Origin: a virus
Length of the DNA: 64,000 bases
IMG/VR virus record: IMGVR_UViG_3300008448_000045
Span: 12,824-76,823 of that record
Reading direction: 5' to 3' (one strand)
The notes under the pieces are model-generated. The model saw only the letters and a list, made by a program, of their open reading frames with translations, did not search any database and was not told the DNA's origin. The position numbers and the translations under genes are program-made. Shown piece after piece: positions 42,263 through 51,438 of the stretch; the stretch's first letter is position 1, and each line of letters begins with the position of its first letter.

Positions 42263-43449
42263 TACGCTGACTCTTTAATTTTTTCGTAGTAAGCGTACTC
42301 GCCAAATGGAGGAACAACGGTATTATTTCCATGAATAATGAATACAGTATCACAATAGTTTTCATCACCCCAGCTACCCCAAGGGTAACCATCAGTAAAC
42401 ATGATAAACTTCTTAGGTTGGATATTATTTTCCTTCATGTAATCCCAGTTAGCATCAAACTCGGTTCCACCCCCGCCGATAACTTCATAGTCGTCAAACT
42501 CGTCGGAATTGTATCCATTAAAGTCTGCTTCGTTATATACCCTAGTATCAAAACACCAAAGTTTCATATTAAAGTCTTTAAACTCTTGCATAATACCTTT
42601 GATTTCGCTAATGAAATCTTTAGCTTGCTCGTCTCCAATTGAACCTGACATGTCAATTCCTACACAGATGTCAATAGTAGTATCAAAATTTTGACCAGGC
42701 AAGACAGCGTTCATATGCCAACCTTTACGATTAGGCCGCATAAAAGTATAGTCATTTCGAATAGTACTTTGAATTTGCTGACGAAGAATTTCGCGCCAAT
42801 TCATTTTAGGTTCGGTTAAATCTTTAATCATTCGAGCTACACTTGCCGGTACATTTCCTGCACCAGCGGCTTGCGCAGCTTGAATAACAGCCTCACGCAT
42901 CTCGTCTCGAATTTGTTTAAGTTCTTCTTTGCTATATGAAGGCTTGTTACTTTTATTATCGCTATTACCCCAATCAACGTGTTCGTCTAGAAGTTGGCCT
43001 AATGCAGCAAGTTCTTCCTCATCCATTTTGTCATAGATTTCGTCATACACTTGTTCAGCGCCCCAGCCGTAATACTTAGGGTCGTGAAAGATTTTAATGT
43101 CGGGGAGATTGTGGTCACCGATTCTATCTCGGACTAATTGTCCGTTAACACAATAATCGGCTGCAACATTCCAAATTTGACGATGCCTGCCTTCGTTTCT
43201 TCCCATATGGTCAAATACAGCATGGAGAATTTCGTGTGCAATAACAAATTCTACCTGCTTGGTAGTAAGAGGCTCAAAAAACTTACGGTTGTAAAAAATA
43301 TGACGACCGTCAGTAGCAGCTGTTGGCAACCAATCGTCTGCTTCTTTAATTTGAAGTCTAGTAGCAAGATTACCAAAAAACGGATGGCGAAGCAATAAGC
43401 CAACCCTTGCAACAATAATTTTATCTACGACTGGATCTGAATGTCCCAT
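42262..43449 (-). CDS. Metallopeptidase-like (HExxH) + VWA domain protein (DUF2201-like)
   Basis: TAATDG, AHEILH, WNVAADYCVN; MIDAS-like IDMSGSI, GGGGTEF, FTDGY. Confidence 0.85.
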   Translation of the reverse strand: MGHSDPVVDKIIVARVGLLLRHPFFGNLATRLQIKEADDWLPTAATDGRHIFYNRKFFEPLTTKQVEFVIAHEILHAVFDHMGRNEGRHRQIWNVAADYCVNGQLVRDRIGDHNLPDIKIFHDPKYYGWGAEQVYDEIYDKMDEEELAALGQLLDEHVDWGNSDNKSNKPSYSKEELKQIRDEMREAVIQAAQAAGAGNVPASVARMIKDLTEPKMNWREILRQQIQSTIRNDYTFMRPNRKGWHMNAVLPGQNFDTTIDICVGIDMSGSIGDEQAKDFISEIKGIMQEFKDFNMKLWCFDTRVYNEADFNGYNSDEFDDYEVIGGGGTEFDANWDYMKENNIQPKKFIMFTDGYPWGSWGDENYCDTVFIIHGNNTVVPPFGEYAYYEKIKESA

Positions 43450-43477
43450 AGCATTTCCTTGTTTTTACAATGTATAT

Positions 43478-43506
43478 ATTGTAACAGGACCCGTAGGTCC
43501 TGTCAA
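43478..43506 (-). promoter_or_regulatory. Sigma70-type promoter with a C(UACG)G hairpin in the spacer
   Basis: Minus strand TTGACA-N17-TACAAT. ACAGGACC-TACG-GGTCCTGT inverted repeat at 43484-43503. Confidence 0.65.
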
Positions 43507-43522
43507 TTGGTTTAGCACCAAA

Positions 43523-44614
43523 TTATTGCTTTTCAGTAGCGGCGGCAATGTACTTGCCAAACTTAGAATGGAACTCGTCAAAGCACTTAATCTCGTCCGG
43601 ATCTAACGGCAACTTGTAAGTACTTAGGGCAAGTTTAGTGCCCATAATGACAAGCTCAGTTTCAAAATTATCCATCATAAACTGGAAGAAGTTGTTAACT
43701 TGATCATTCCAATCTTTAGCCTTTTTGTCGCAACTATCTTTAAGCTCGTAACACAGGCTAACAGTCAAAGAGTACATGGCACTAATTTCTTTAGTATCCA
43801 TCTTCTTAACTTTGCCTTGAAGAATATCGCTAGGATTAGGCATCTTACTAGCTATCTTACGATGAGCCATAAATTTGATAGCAAGCCCTTCACCAATAGC
43901 ACCAGAGGTTAGGTCGGTTAGTGTATCAGCATCAGTATCGTCATCAATGAGCAATTCGCTAACAAATGACCAAGAACGTGGAGTAGCAAATGCACGTGAG
44001 CTAGACTTGGGATCAAAGTCATACAAGTCTTTCTTAGCGAAGCTCAAAAATCCAACTACATCTTTATGGATCTTGTTCTCAGTAGCCCATTCAAACCAGT
44101 CATCCCAATCAACTGACAGTTCCAAGTGAACAAAACGGTTAGCCAACGGAGCAGGCATACGATATGTAACACCCTTGTCAGTTTCACGGTTACCGGCCGC
44201 AACAATCGCAACATTATCTGGCAATTCATAAGTGCCAACACGACGATTAAGAACAAGTTGATAAGCCGCAGCCTGTACGCTAGGCGCCGCCGAGTTCATT
44301 TCGTCAAGGAACAAAACAATATGCTTATGCTTAGATGCAAAATCTTTGCTTGGCAATTCTGAAGGGGGTGCCCAACGCATAGTGCCGTCGTTTGAATCAA
44401 AATATGGAATACCTTTAATATCTGTAGGTTCCCACAAGCTCAACCGAACGTCAATAACGTGAGCATCTAGCTCAACACCGAGTTGCTTGATAATATCGGA
44501 TTTACCAATACCTGGGGGGCCCCACATAAAAATAGGACGCTTGTTTTTAAACGCCTTGCGTAGAGACTTTTTAGCGGCCTTGGGCCCAACGGTGCGGCTA
44601 ATAACTTCGCTCAT
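43523..44614 (-). CDS. MoxR-like AAA+ ATPase
   Basis: Walker A GPPGIGKS, Walker B LFLDEMN, AAGNR, PLANRF, ATPRSW; paired with the VWA gene. Confidence 0.9.
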   Translation of the reverse strand: MSEVISRTVGPKAAKKSLRKAFKNKRPIFMWGPPGIGKSDIIKQLGVELDAHVIDVRLSLWEPTDIKGIPYFDSNDGTMRWAPPSELPSKDFASKHKHIVLFLDEMNSAAPSVQAAAYQLVLNRRVGTYELPDNVAIVAAGNRETDKGVTYRMPAPLANRFVHLELSVDWDDWFEWATENKIHKDVVGFLSFAKKDLYDFDPKSSSRAFATPRSWSFVSELLIDDDTDADTLTDLTSGAIGEGLAIKFMAHRKIASKMPNPSDILQGKVKKMDTKEISAMYSLTVSLCYELKDSCDKKAKDWNDQVNNFFQFMMDNFETELVIMGTKLALSTYKLPLDPDEIKCFDEFHSKFGKYIAAATEKQ

Positions 44615-44664
44615 TTGATTTCCTTTAAAAAGTAAGGGGGGTTGAAATAACTTGCTATGTGCTT

Positions 44665-44693
44665 ATTATAAGCGAAGAAGTCTTAAAAGTCAA
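44665..44693 (-). promoter_or_regulatory. Sigma70-type (early) promoter for the AAA-VWA genes
   Basis: Minus strand TTGACT-N17-TATAAT. Confidence 0.75.
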
Positions 44694-44701
44694 CTAGAAT
44701 T

Positions 44702-45097
44702 TTAACGATCTAGCTCTTTTTGGCGTTCGTTCATTGCTTTAACTAGTCCAAATTTTCTAATATCGTCCGAGAACAAGTAAAGCTCAAAACTTTTACGTTC
44801 AGAAAATACAGTAATACTTTGGTTTGTTAAATAATATGGACAGTCTATATATCTTTCCAAAAAGATAATAGTTTGCGGACTTAAATCAATTGGCTCGGTA
44901 AACGGAACTTCATACATTCTAATGTTAAGCTCGTTGGTTAAAAACTCAAAACCATCTTCACTAAGTCTAAACGCATTCTTTTTGTTTACTCTATTGCTTT
45001 GCCACCATTTATGAGAGTACAGTTGTACATTGGCATCGTCAACACTCTTCCCCCATTCTTTTAAAAAAATTTTAGTTAGAGCATCTCGATTTATCAT
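44702..45097 (-). CDS. Hypothetical protein
   Basis: 131-aa ORF in operon. Confidence 0.6.
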   Translation of the reverse strand: MINRDALTKIFLKEWGKSVDDANVQLYSHKWWQSNRVNKKNAFRLSEDGFEFLTNELNIRMYEVPFTEPIDLSPQTIIFLERYIDCPYYLTNQSITVFSERKSFELYLFSDDIRKFGLVKAMNERQKELDR

Positions 45098-45098
45098 A

Positions 45099-45383
45099 TT
45101 AAGGTATGATAGTTCCAGTGGTTAATTTTACTACTTGAAAATCTTTGCAGCCAAATGTAAGGTTTAATTTTTTTGCTAAATTATGTGCGTGGCCTGGATT
45201 TGAAAAACTTACTTTTTTATATTTAGGTCCGGGGTAACTTGTCAAACTATTAGAACTTTTTAAGTTAAAAGGTTCGCCTTTATAGAAAACAGCCCAAATT
45301 GCATCAGCCTCTAAAATTTGTTCACTTTTATAGGTCTTTTTATCAATATGTTCTAATAGTATCTTAGGCTTTGGTCTACTCAT
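45099..45383 (-). CDS. Hypothetical protein
   Basis: Likely start MSRPKPK at 45383; CTAAATA motif upstream. Confidence 0.6.
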   Translation of the reverse strand: MSRPKPKILLEHIDKKTYKSEQILEADAIWAVFYKGEPFNLKSSNSLTSYPGPKYKKVSFSNPGHAHNLAKKLNLTFGCKDFQVVKLTTGTIIP

Positions 45384-45415
45384 ATATACATAATCTCTTT
45401 GATTAACTACGTATA

Positions 45416-45422
45416 TATTTAG
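45416..45422 (-). promoter_or_regulatory. Putative late promoter variant CTAAATA
   Basis: Intergenic. The same heptamer lies upstream of folE and the clamp gene. Confidence 0.4.
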
Positions 45423-45425
45423 CAT

Positions 45426-45674
45426 TTATTTGTTGGTTTCGAAACCACCACCGTCCATAGAAACAGATATAGTTTCTGTATTTGACGTTTGTTTTAATTG
45501 ATTAAACATGGTTTCGTAGTCTTTATTAGACTTTTCTAACATTTCTAATAAAGCCAAGTTTAATAGCCGTGCTTGAACAATTGGAATTCTTACTTCTTTA
45601 GATTGACTCAATTCTGCTGATCTTAATAACTGAGCAAATTGTGATAAAGGTAAAGTATTAATTTGATTTTGCAT
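45426..45674 (-). CDS. Hypothetical protein
   Basis: 82-aa ORF ending in MDGGGF. Confidence 0.55.
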   Translation of the reverse strand: MQNQINTLPLSQFAQLLRSAELSQSKEVRIPIVQARLLNLALLEMLEKSNKDYETMFNQLKQTSNTETISVSMDGGGFETNK

Positions 45675-46137
45675 TTGATAGAATTGCCTTCATCTCAATT
45701 TCATTTTTAAAAGGTCCTTTAAACGGATACCGTTCAATAGTAATTGCTTTTGGGCAAAAACTTTTAACCCAACCTTTGTTAAATTTTATAATGTAATACC
45801 CTGCACAGTATAAACTTTTGCTAGCATTAGATTTAGTAAACAGCGGAAGTTTTCTTCTAACATCATACATAGAGTTATAGGGTTTACAAACAGTTGGATA
45901 CCCATGACACTCCTTTGGTTCAAGAGTTGTAACTTTAACTTTATCATTGGATAAAAAGAACCCGTTGCCAAACTGTTTTACAAGATCATCTTTTTTATTA
46001 AACATGACTTCGCCAGTAGTACTACTCAACACAAATTTATTATTTTCTTTTTTGTGTAAGGTGGCAACTTTTTCTCCGTCTTGTTCAATGATCCAAAACT
46101 TTCCTTCAACGATTGGTTTTGCATAAATTTCTGTCAT
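45658..46137 (-). CDS. Hypothetical protein
   Basis: 159-aa ORF with ATGA overlap. Confidence 0.6.
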   Translation of the reverse strand: MTEIYAKPIVEGKFWIIEQDGEKVATLHKKENNKFVLSSTTGEVMFNKKDDLVKQFGNGFFLSNDKVKVTTLEPKECHGYPTVCKPYNSMYDVRRKLPLFTKSNASKSLYCAGYYIIKFNKGWVKSFCPKAITIERYPFKGPFKNEIEMKAILSNAKSN

Positions 46138-46631
46138 TGTGTTTCTCCTTTGTTAGGAAATGGCCATGCATTGCTAGGTTTTGGTCTAGTTTTAAGTTTA
46201 ACATTTTCTTCGATAACTGTACCGTCGTCTTCACATAGATTGACTTGATATGGAGCAATGATATGTACAGCAGAATCTTCTTCCATCCAATCATGATCAG
46301 CATCATACACCCAACTTGCACCACCTTCATAGTATGAGTTTTTAATGTCTTCTTGTTCTTCTTCGTCGATATCATCACTAAACTCAAACTCAATATTAAT
46401 GCTATCGTCAAACTCACAACCCCAACCTGCATCTTGTCTAGTATACGCTACAGGATCACCTTCCCAAGGCAGATTACAATCTAAATCTGCTTCAATAAAA
46501 CCTTGTCCCCATCGATAGGTTTCGTCAATATTAAACCAGCTAATAGAACCATCTGCATTATTACGGTACATTTCTACATGCCATACAATGCTTTTCTTTT
46601 CAAGCGGTTTGATGAGATATACTTTAGACAT
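46134..46631 (-). CDS. Acidic hypothetical protein
   Basis: Likely start MSKVYLIKP at 46631; very D/E-rich. Confidence 0.6.
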   Translation of the reverse strand: MSKVYLIKPLEKKSIVWHVEMYRNNADGSISWFNIDETYRWGQGFIEADLDCNLPWEGDPVAYTRQDAGWGCEFDDSINIEFEFSDDIDEEEQEDIKNSYYEGGASWVYDADHDWMEEDSAVHIIAPYQVNLCEDDGTVIEENVKLKTRPKPSNAWPFPNKGETQ

Positions 46632-46776
46632 CGTCGTATCCTTTCCCAAATCCAATATAAACAGTAAAGAATCCAATTAACAAATTAATCGATACTTCGT
46701 GCGGAAATCTATCAAAATATACTGCTAATCCAAGTCCTTTAGTAGTACTGATGCTAAAACGTGGCCCGCTTCCCAT
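46624..46776 (-). CDS. Small hypothetical protein (50 aa), not in the ORF track
   Basis: MGSGPRFSISTTKGLGLAVYFDRFPHEVSINLLIGFFTVYIGFGKGYDDV; TAATG coupling upstream and fills the gap exactly. Confidence 0.55.
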   Translation of the reverse strand: MGSGPRFSISTTKGLGLAVYFDRFPHEVSINLLIGFFTVYIGFGKGYDDV

Positions 46777-47270
46777 TATTCTTCCTTAAATTCTATGCAT
46801 TTTCCGTCTTCGTCGGCAATAACAATTTTAACTTGATTACCATTTTCGTCTTCAATAAGAATAGGACCCCAGCACCATGCTTCGCTTTCGTCTAATATCC
46901 AACCTTCTTGATCCTCTAGAACTTCGTAAGCACTTTCTTCTGCAATGAGATCTTCTAATCGTTGAATTTCGTCGTCGTCCATTTCTTCAGGCCAGTCATA
47001 ATCTTCCCAACAGCCGTCATTCATTCCTTCAAGTTCAGAACTTTCAATGTTAGGGCCTGATAGATTGTACATATTGACACTATCTTTTCGACCATCTCCG
47101 CCCGGTACAAACTCGAACTCAAACTCTGGAGGATTATCATCAGATGTTTCAACATAAAAACTAGCCCAGCGGAAACCAGTTTTACGTCGAATAGTCATTC
47201 CATCTTTAGTATAAAGTTCGTGTTCTTCGCATGATTTTTTATAATAAGTAGAAATTTTCCAGTTAGCCAT
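46776..47270 (-). CDS. Acidic hypothetical protein, distant paralogue of 46134-46631
   Basis: Likely start MANWKIS at 47270 with AAGGA RBS. Confidence 0.6.
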   Translation of the reverse strand: MANWKISTYYKKSCEEHELYTKDGMTIRRKTGFRWASFYVETSDDNPPEFEFEFVPGGDGRKDSVNMYNLSGPNIESSELEGMNDGCWEDYDWPEEMDDDEIQRLEDLIAEESAYEVLEDQEGWILDESEAWCWGPILIEDENGNQVKIVIADEDGKCIEFKEE

Positions 47271-47281
47271 ATTAATATTCC

Positions 47282-47473
47282 TTAGTTGTCTAAGTCCATA
47301 GAATTCCATTCTTTGATCAGCGCAATTAATTCTTCTTCTGTATTGCACATAATCTTAGCGGTTTTCCAATCTTCTTTTTTGTCTCTGCCACCTATCTCAA
47401 CCATCCAACCGTTATCATATCGATAGAGACTGATGTTCTCATTTACTTTTGTTAGTTTAGTTAATTTTGCCAT
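47282..47473 (-). CDS. Hypothetical protein
   Basis: Start MAKLTK at 47473 with AAGGAG RBS. Confidence 0.6.
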   Translation of the reverse strand: MAKLTKLTKVNENISLYRYDNGWMVEIGGRDKKEDWKTAKIMCNTEEELIALIKEWNSMDLDN

Positions 47474-47474
47474 A

Positions 47475-48458
47475 TTATTCTCCTTGGTATTTGGCTTGGA
47501 ATGGTTCTGCATATTGCTGAACATTGTCTGCAACCTTTTTCATATCCCATGCATTACAGAACTTTAATAAACGAATACCAACTTGTGTTACATCCTTAGG
47601 AACACAGTCGACTTTAATAGTTTTACTAATAAGTTCTTTAATGTTTTCTGGTTGATATTTTAGGTCAATTAATCGACGATTGCGTTCGTAGTCATCTAAG
47701 ACGCGATGCTCTGCACCTTCGTGGTCAACCCATCTCTGCAGCATGAGATTATTCCACGAATAGCCTTTGCTTTTACGATCTTCGAACGCTTCAGTAAGAC
47801 CCACTTTGTTTTTTGTGCCTTTAACACGCACACCCGGATACGCCGAGAAGACATTATCACTGGTATCACCACGCATACACTTCTCAAACAATAACCATTC
47901 TGGGTGAACTTCTTTTGGTTCTTTTGTTTTTTTATCAACAACACGTTTACCCTTTGCATCAAAAATACCTTCGTGTGTAATATGATGTTCTTGTACACCA
48001 TTATACTGGCTAACATTTGGAGCAATTAATTGATAAAAGTCGCTGTCAGTTGAAATGATTACGTGATTGTCATCGGTATGACTTTGTATAAATCCAGCAA
48101 TTAAATCATCTGCTTCTAGTTGTGGATGATGTAAAACTGTACAGTTAGTTTTTTCAATGATAAAGTTTTTAAATTCATCAAATGCTTCCCAGAACAATTT
48201 ATCTTCTTCTTGTTCTTTAACAGTCATAGCTGCACGAGTTTCGCTGCGATTACGTTTATAAGGCTCGTAAAAGTCCTTACGCCACGAACGACCTTCGAGG
48301 CAGAACACTACATGTTTCCCCTCAAAGTCATTCCATGCTTTTTTAATACTATTAAAGGTAATATGAAAAGCCATTCCTAGCTTAATATCACTAGATCCTT
48401 GAACAACATGTCTAGCACGAAAAAAAGTATTGGCTGTATCAACCAAAATATATGTCAT
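47475..48458 (-). CDS. rnh: T4-type RNase H / 5'-3' flap exonuclease
   Basis: ILVDTAN, SWRKDFYEPYKRNR, EADDLIA, IISTDSDFYQL, GDTSDNV, YERNRRLIDL. Confidence 0.88.
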   Translation of the reverse strand: MTYILVDTANTFFRARHVVQGSSDIKLGMAFHITFNSIKKAWNDFEGKHVVFCLEGRSWRKDFYEPYKRNRSETRAAMTVKEQEEDKLFWEAFDEFKNFIIEKTNCTVLHHPQLEADDLIAGFIQSHTDDNHVIISTDSDFYQLIAPNVSQYNGVQEHHITHEGIFDAKGKRVVDKKTKEPKEVHPEWLLFEKCMRGDTSDNVFSAYPGVRVKGTKNKVGLTEAFEDRKSKGYSWNNLMLQRWVDHEGAEHRVLDDYERNRRLIDLKYQPENIKELISKTIKVDCVPKDVTQVGIRLLKFCNAWDMKKVADNVQQYAEPFQAKYQGE

Positions 48459-49033
48459 ATGTAATATTCCATGTCTGCAGCAAAAACAAATCTGTAATCA
48501 TCTGAGTCTATGATTCCAGGCCTATGCCATATTTTACTAGGATATATGACCCAAGTCAACTCCTTTGGTTTTAAGTAAAAAATATCTTTTTTGGTTGGCC
48601 AATCCATACAAAATTCTGTGCCAGCTGTATCTTGATTAGTAATTGACTTAGGAATATCCGCATACCAAACACCGCTAATTGAATTAGTTGTTCCGTTATT
48701 GTTACTCAAATGGTGTGTGTGCCAAAGGTCGTCTCTATCCTCAACTTCGTTTTGACTGGTCATAAAACACCAAGCCATCATGTTTTTAATTTTAACTTCA
48801 CCGCCTAAAAATTGAAAAACAGAATAAATGAAACTTTGTCTCATTTTTAAAAAAACTGCTTCGTTGCGAGCAAACAAGTTTTCTTGTGTTTGAAACTTTG
48901 GACTATTTTTAAAATAATTGCCAGAGTCAATAATTTGTTTAACTACAGAAGTTAATTGATTCATATCTTCTTGTTTAATTAAAGAAGACCAGTCGTATAA
49001 ATCAATATATTCATTCTTATCAACAACTACCAT
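48455..49033 (-). CDS. Putative 2OG-Fe(II) oxygenase / DSBH protein
   Basis: WHTHH..ISGVWY..GTEF..VIYPSKIWHRP..YRFVFA fits an HxH...H...R DSBH pattern. Confidence 0.55.
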   Translation of the reverse strand: MVVVDKNEYIDLYDWSSLIKQEDMNQLTSVVKQIIDSGNYFKNSPKFQTQENLFARNEAVFLKMRQSFIYSVFQFLGGEVKIKNMMAWCFMTSQNEVEDRDDLWHTHHLSNNNGTTNSISGVWYADIPKSITNQDTAGTEFCMDWPTKKDIFYLKPKELTWVIYPSKIWHRPGIIDSDDYRFVFAADMEYYI

Positions 49034-49461
49034 TAGCTAGCCTCTGATTTATCTTTAGTTATTTTGTTTATATTAATGAATCCTGCTCCACGACTAGCAT
49101 CCATACCTTCGTCGGTTAGCATATTTCTAACAATGTCTCGAAACCATCGATCTACAATTTCTTCTTCAGGATCTCCATCAAACCCGTACCCAGCTTTTTT
49201 TAAATCTAAAATAAAGTGTGCATTCCAATCAAGCTCAAAAAAACCGTTACGAGGATTATCCTTATTAACTTTAGTGTCTAATACTGAAACCCACGGTTCT
49301 CCTTTTTTAGTAGCACGTTCTTTTGGAGTTAGTTTTGCAAGCTCTTCTTTTTCTTGTGCTAGAACTGTTTCTGCTATTGCCTTATCTCTAGCGTCTTGAA
49401 GATTTTGTTTTTCTAATTCTATTTTATCAATGCCAAACAACTTTCTAATTATTTTTTTCAT
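49033..49461 (-). CDS. Hypothetical protein
   Basis: Likely start MKKIIRK with TAATG overlap to queE; PWVSV..NGFFELDWN..EEIVDRWF. Confidence 0.6.
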   Translation of the reverse strand: MKKIIRKLFGIDKIELEKQNLQDARDKAIAETVLAQEKEELAKLTPKERATKKGEPWVSVLDTKVNKDNPRNGFFELDWNAHFILDLKKAGYGFDGDPEEEIVDRWFRDIVRNMLTDEGMDASRGAGFININKITKDKSEAS

Positions 49462-50327
49462 TAAGTACCCCACTCATTTTTAAATAATGGCACTTGCAAG
49501 CGGTCACTATAACGTAAACCTGCATTCATTGCCATAATAGCCACTGCTCGATTGTTTAATGCGTAGACACTTTCTACTCCGCCGACTGGCATAAGATAAA
49601 CATGTCCAGCAAATCCAGCCGCACGATATTCTTCAGTTGCACGTTTAGCATCTTCGAAGTCTTGCTCTGTGGCAATAACAAATTTTAGATATGCTGTACC
49701 AACTTGTTCATATTCGCAAACAACTTCTGGAAGTATTGCTTCTTCCCATTTCTCACCACTACACGGAAGTTTGGCACTAACACTAAATGTTAATGCATTA
49801 TATCCTCTTGATTCAATACCCCAATTGAGTAAGTATTCTTTAAATTCCGGAGTAAGTTTTTGAGTACCGTTTGTTTCAAATGTAATTTCTTTTAATCCTG
49901 CCATTTTAGGATGATCTAGCAAATCTGGATAAGCACGTTGCCAACCTAGTAAAGGTTCTCCGCCAGTGATGACTAGATGTTCATCTTTCCATTCGTGGAA
50001 AGGAATAATTTCCATAATGCGATCTACAATAGCATCACTAGTAAGCATTGGACTTAGTTCTTTAAAGCTAGGATGCCAGCTAGCATAACTATCGCAACCT
50101 GTACTAACTAATGGAAGGTCTTCATATTTTTTAAATGGAGGCTCATCGTGAATGTCTTGCAATAGTGCAAGATTGTTTGCCTCTTCGCTTAGTTCACCTC
50201 TAGGCATACCAAAGCCGGCACATTTAAAATTACAACCGAATGTACGTAAGAAAACGGACGGTACACCCATGTAACGTCCTTCGCCTTGTACGCTATAAAA
50301 TAATTCTGCAATTTTTAATTTACTCAT
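49461..50327 (-). CDS. queE: 7-carboxy-7-deazaguanine synthase (radical SAM) with split Cys motif
   Basis: IAELFYSVQGEGRYMGVPSVFLRTFGCNFKC...GCDS, VITGGEPLL, FETNGT, SVSAKL, YLMP, YSDRLQ. Confidence 0.88.
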   Translation of the reverse strand: MSKLKIAELFYSVQGEGRYMGVPSVFLRTFGCNFKCAGFGMPRGELSEEANNLALLQDIHDEPPFKKYEDLPLVSTGCDSYASWHPSFKELSPMLTSDAIVDRIMEIIPFHEWKDEHLVITGGEPLLGWQRAYPDLLDHPKMAGLKEITFETNGTQKLTPEFKEYLLNWGIESRGYNALTFSVSAKLPCSGEKWEEAILPEVVCEYEQVGTAYLKFVIATEQDFEDAKRATEEYRAAGFAGHVYLMPVGGVESVYALNNRAVAIMAMNAGLRYSDRLQVPLFKNEWGT

Positions 50328-50550
50328 TTTCGTTTCTTTCTAAAAACATCGATACTTGATCTTCTGCATCAACATAGCTCTCCGCCCATACTGTAAACGT
50401 AGCAATACCATTCTTTGCACTTATATCAAACGGAACAACTCCGTTGGGTAACCAATTTTCTCCAACCTCTCTTTTAATTTCAAATTTTTGCAAAGCGGTG
50501 GTTTTCATTCTATATATTAGTTCATCGGCAAGTTGCTTTGCGGTTGTCAT
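50320..50550 (-). CDS. Hypothetical protein
   Basis: 76-aa ORF overlapping its neighbours. Confidence 0.55.
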   Translation of the reverse strand: MTTAKQLADELIYRMKTTALQKFEIKREVGENWLPNGVVPFDISAKNGIATFTVWAESYVDAEDQVSMFLERNENE

Positions 50551-50825
50551 ATGATTTCCTTTTCATAAATCTTTGACCATATTTTAAGCTTCTCTGATTT
50601 TTTTTGGCTTGCTTCTAATAGCTCTTGTTGGCTAAAAACTCCATGGTCGACTAACAGTTGTATCATTAACATAACATCACCGGCTTCTTGAGTCAAGTGT
50701 GCTCTCTGAGTACCGCCGTCTTTATAACTATTGTCTAAACCGAATCTACGAATTTTACTAGCAGATACAATTAATTCTCCACATTCTTCTTGCAGGATAT
50801 CTAAGATTTCTTGTATCTTGTTCAT
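50547..50825 (-). CDS. MazG-like NTP pyrophosphohydrolase
   Basis: LQEECGELIVSASKIRRFG...LTQEAGDV (EExxE...ExxD). Confidence 0.7.
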   Translation of the reverse strand: MNKIQEILDILQEECGELIVSASKIRRFGLDNSYKDGGTQRAHLTQEAGDVMLMIQLLVDHGVFSQQELLEASQKKSEKLKIWSKIYEKEII

Positions 50826-51211
50826 ACACAATCTCCTTGCTCTGCTAATTTAGATACTTCTTTATTGCTAGCTTTTACTTTTTTTTGCTTTCTAAATTCT
50901 GCTACATCATTAACAGCAGAGCGTAATGCTTGGGAATAATTAAGAGCTTGTTGTTCATTCATTATAGTACTAACTTCAGTTTCGATATAACCCTTAGTAA
51001 GCAACTTCCAAATTATTTGCCAACGATTTAACCCCCACCAAAGAGATTTCTGTTGTGTGTATATAGTTACAGTAACTCCAGCATCTTCAGCTTCTATCCA
51101 CACATTTTGCATATGGTCAGTACTTGTACATTCACACATAATTGAATAGTGTTTGGCATCGCCGTAATCTCTGTGTACTAAAATTCCTTGTGCTGGTGTT
51201 TGCGGAGTCAT
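50822..51211 (-). CDS. Hypothetical protein
   Basis: 129-aa ORF with a CEC..H motif; ATGA overlaps. Confidence 0.55.
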   Translation of the reverse strand: MTPQTPAQGILVHRDYGDAKHYSIMCECTSTDHMQNVWIEAEDAGVTVTIYTQQKSLWWGLNRWQIIWKLLTKGYIETEVSTIMNEQQALNYSQALRSAVNDVAEFRKQKKVKASNKEVSKLAEQGDCV

Positions 51212-51438
51212 TGTAAATTGGTCTCTATTTTAATAATTTTTACATCGTCTCTTGAATCTGAAATAGTATCAATCATCATTTCAAATTCATTAGGTTTGAG
51301 TATGGTTTTATAAATGCTAAGGGCTTGTGCTAACATAACGCCTGCAACAGAAAGCGGTCGATTACCATTTTCAATTAAATTTACTGTTAATTTCCAGTAA
51401 TTTTGATACGCTTCTTCTAATTTTAAATCATCGTTCAT
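51208..51438 (-). CDS. Hypothetical protein
   Basis: 76-aa ORF with ATGA overlap to folE. Confidence 0.55.
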   Translation of the reverse strand: MNDDLKLEEAYQNYWKLTVNLIENGNRPLSVAGVMLAQALSIYKTILKPNEFEMMIDTISDSRDDVKIIKIETNLQ

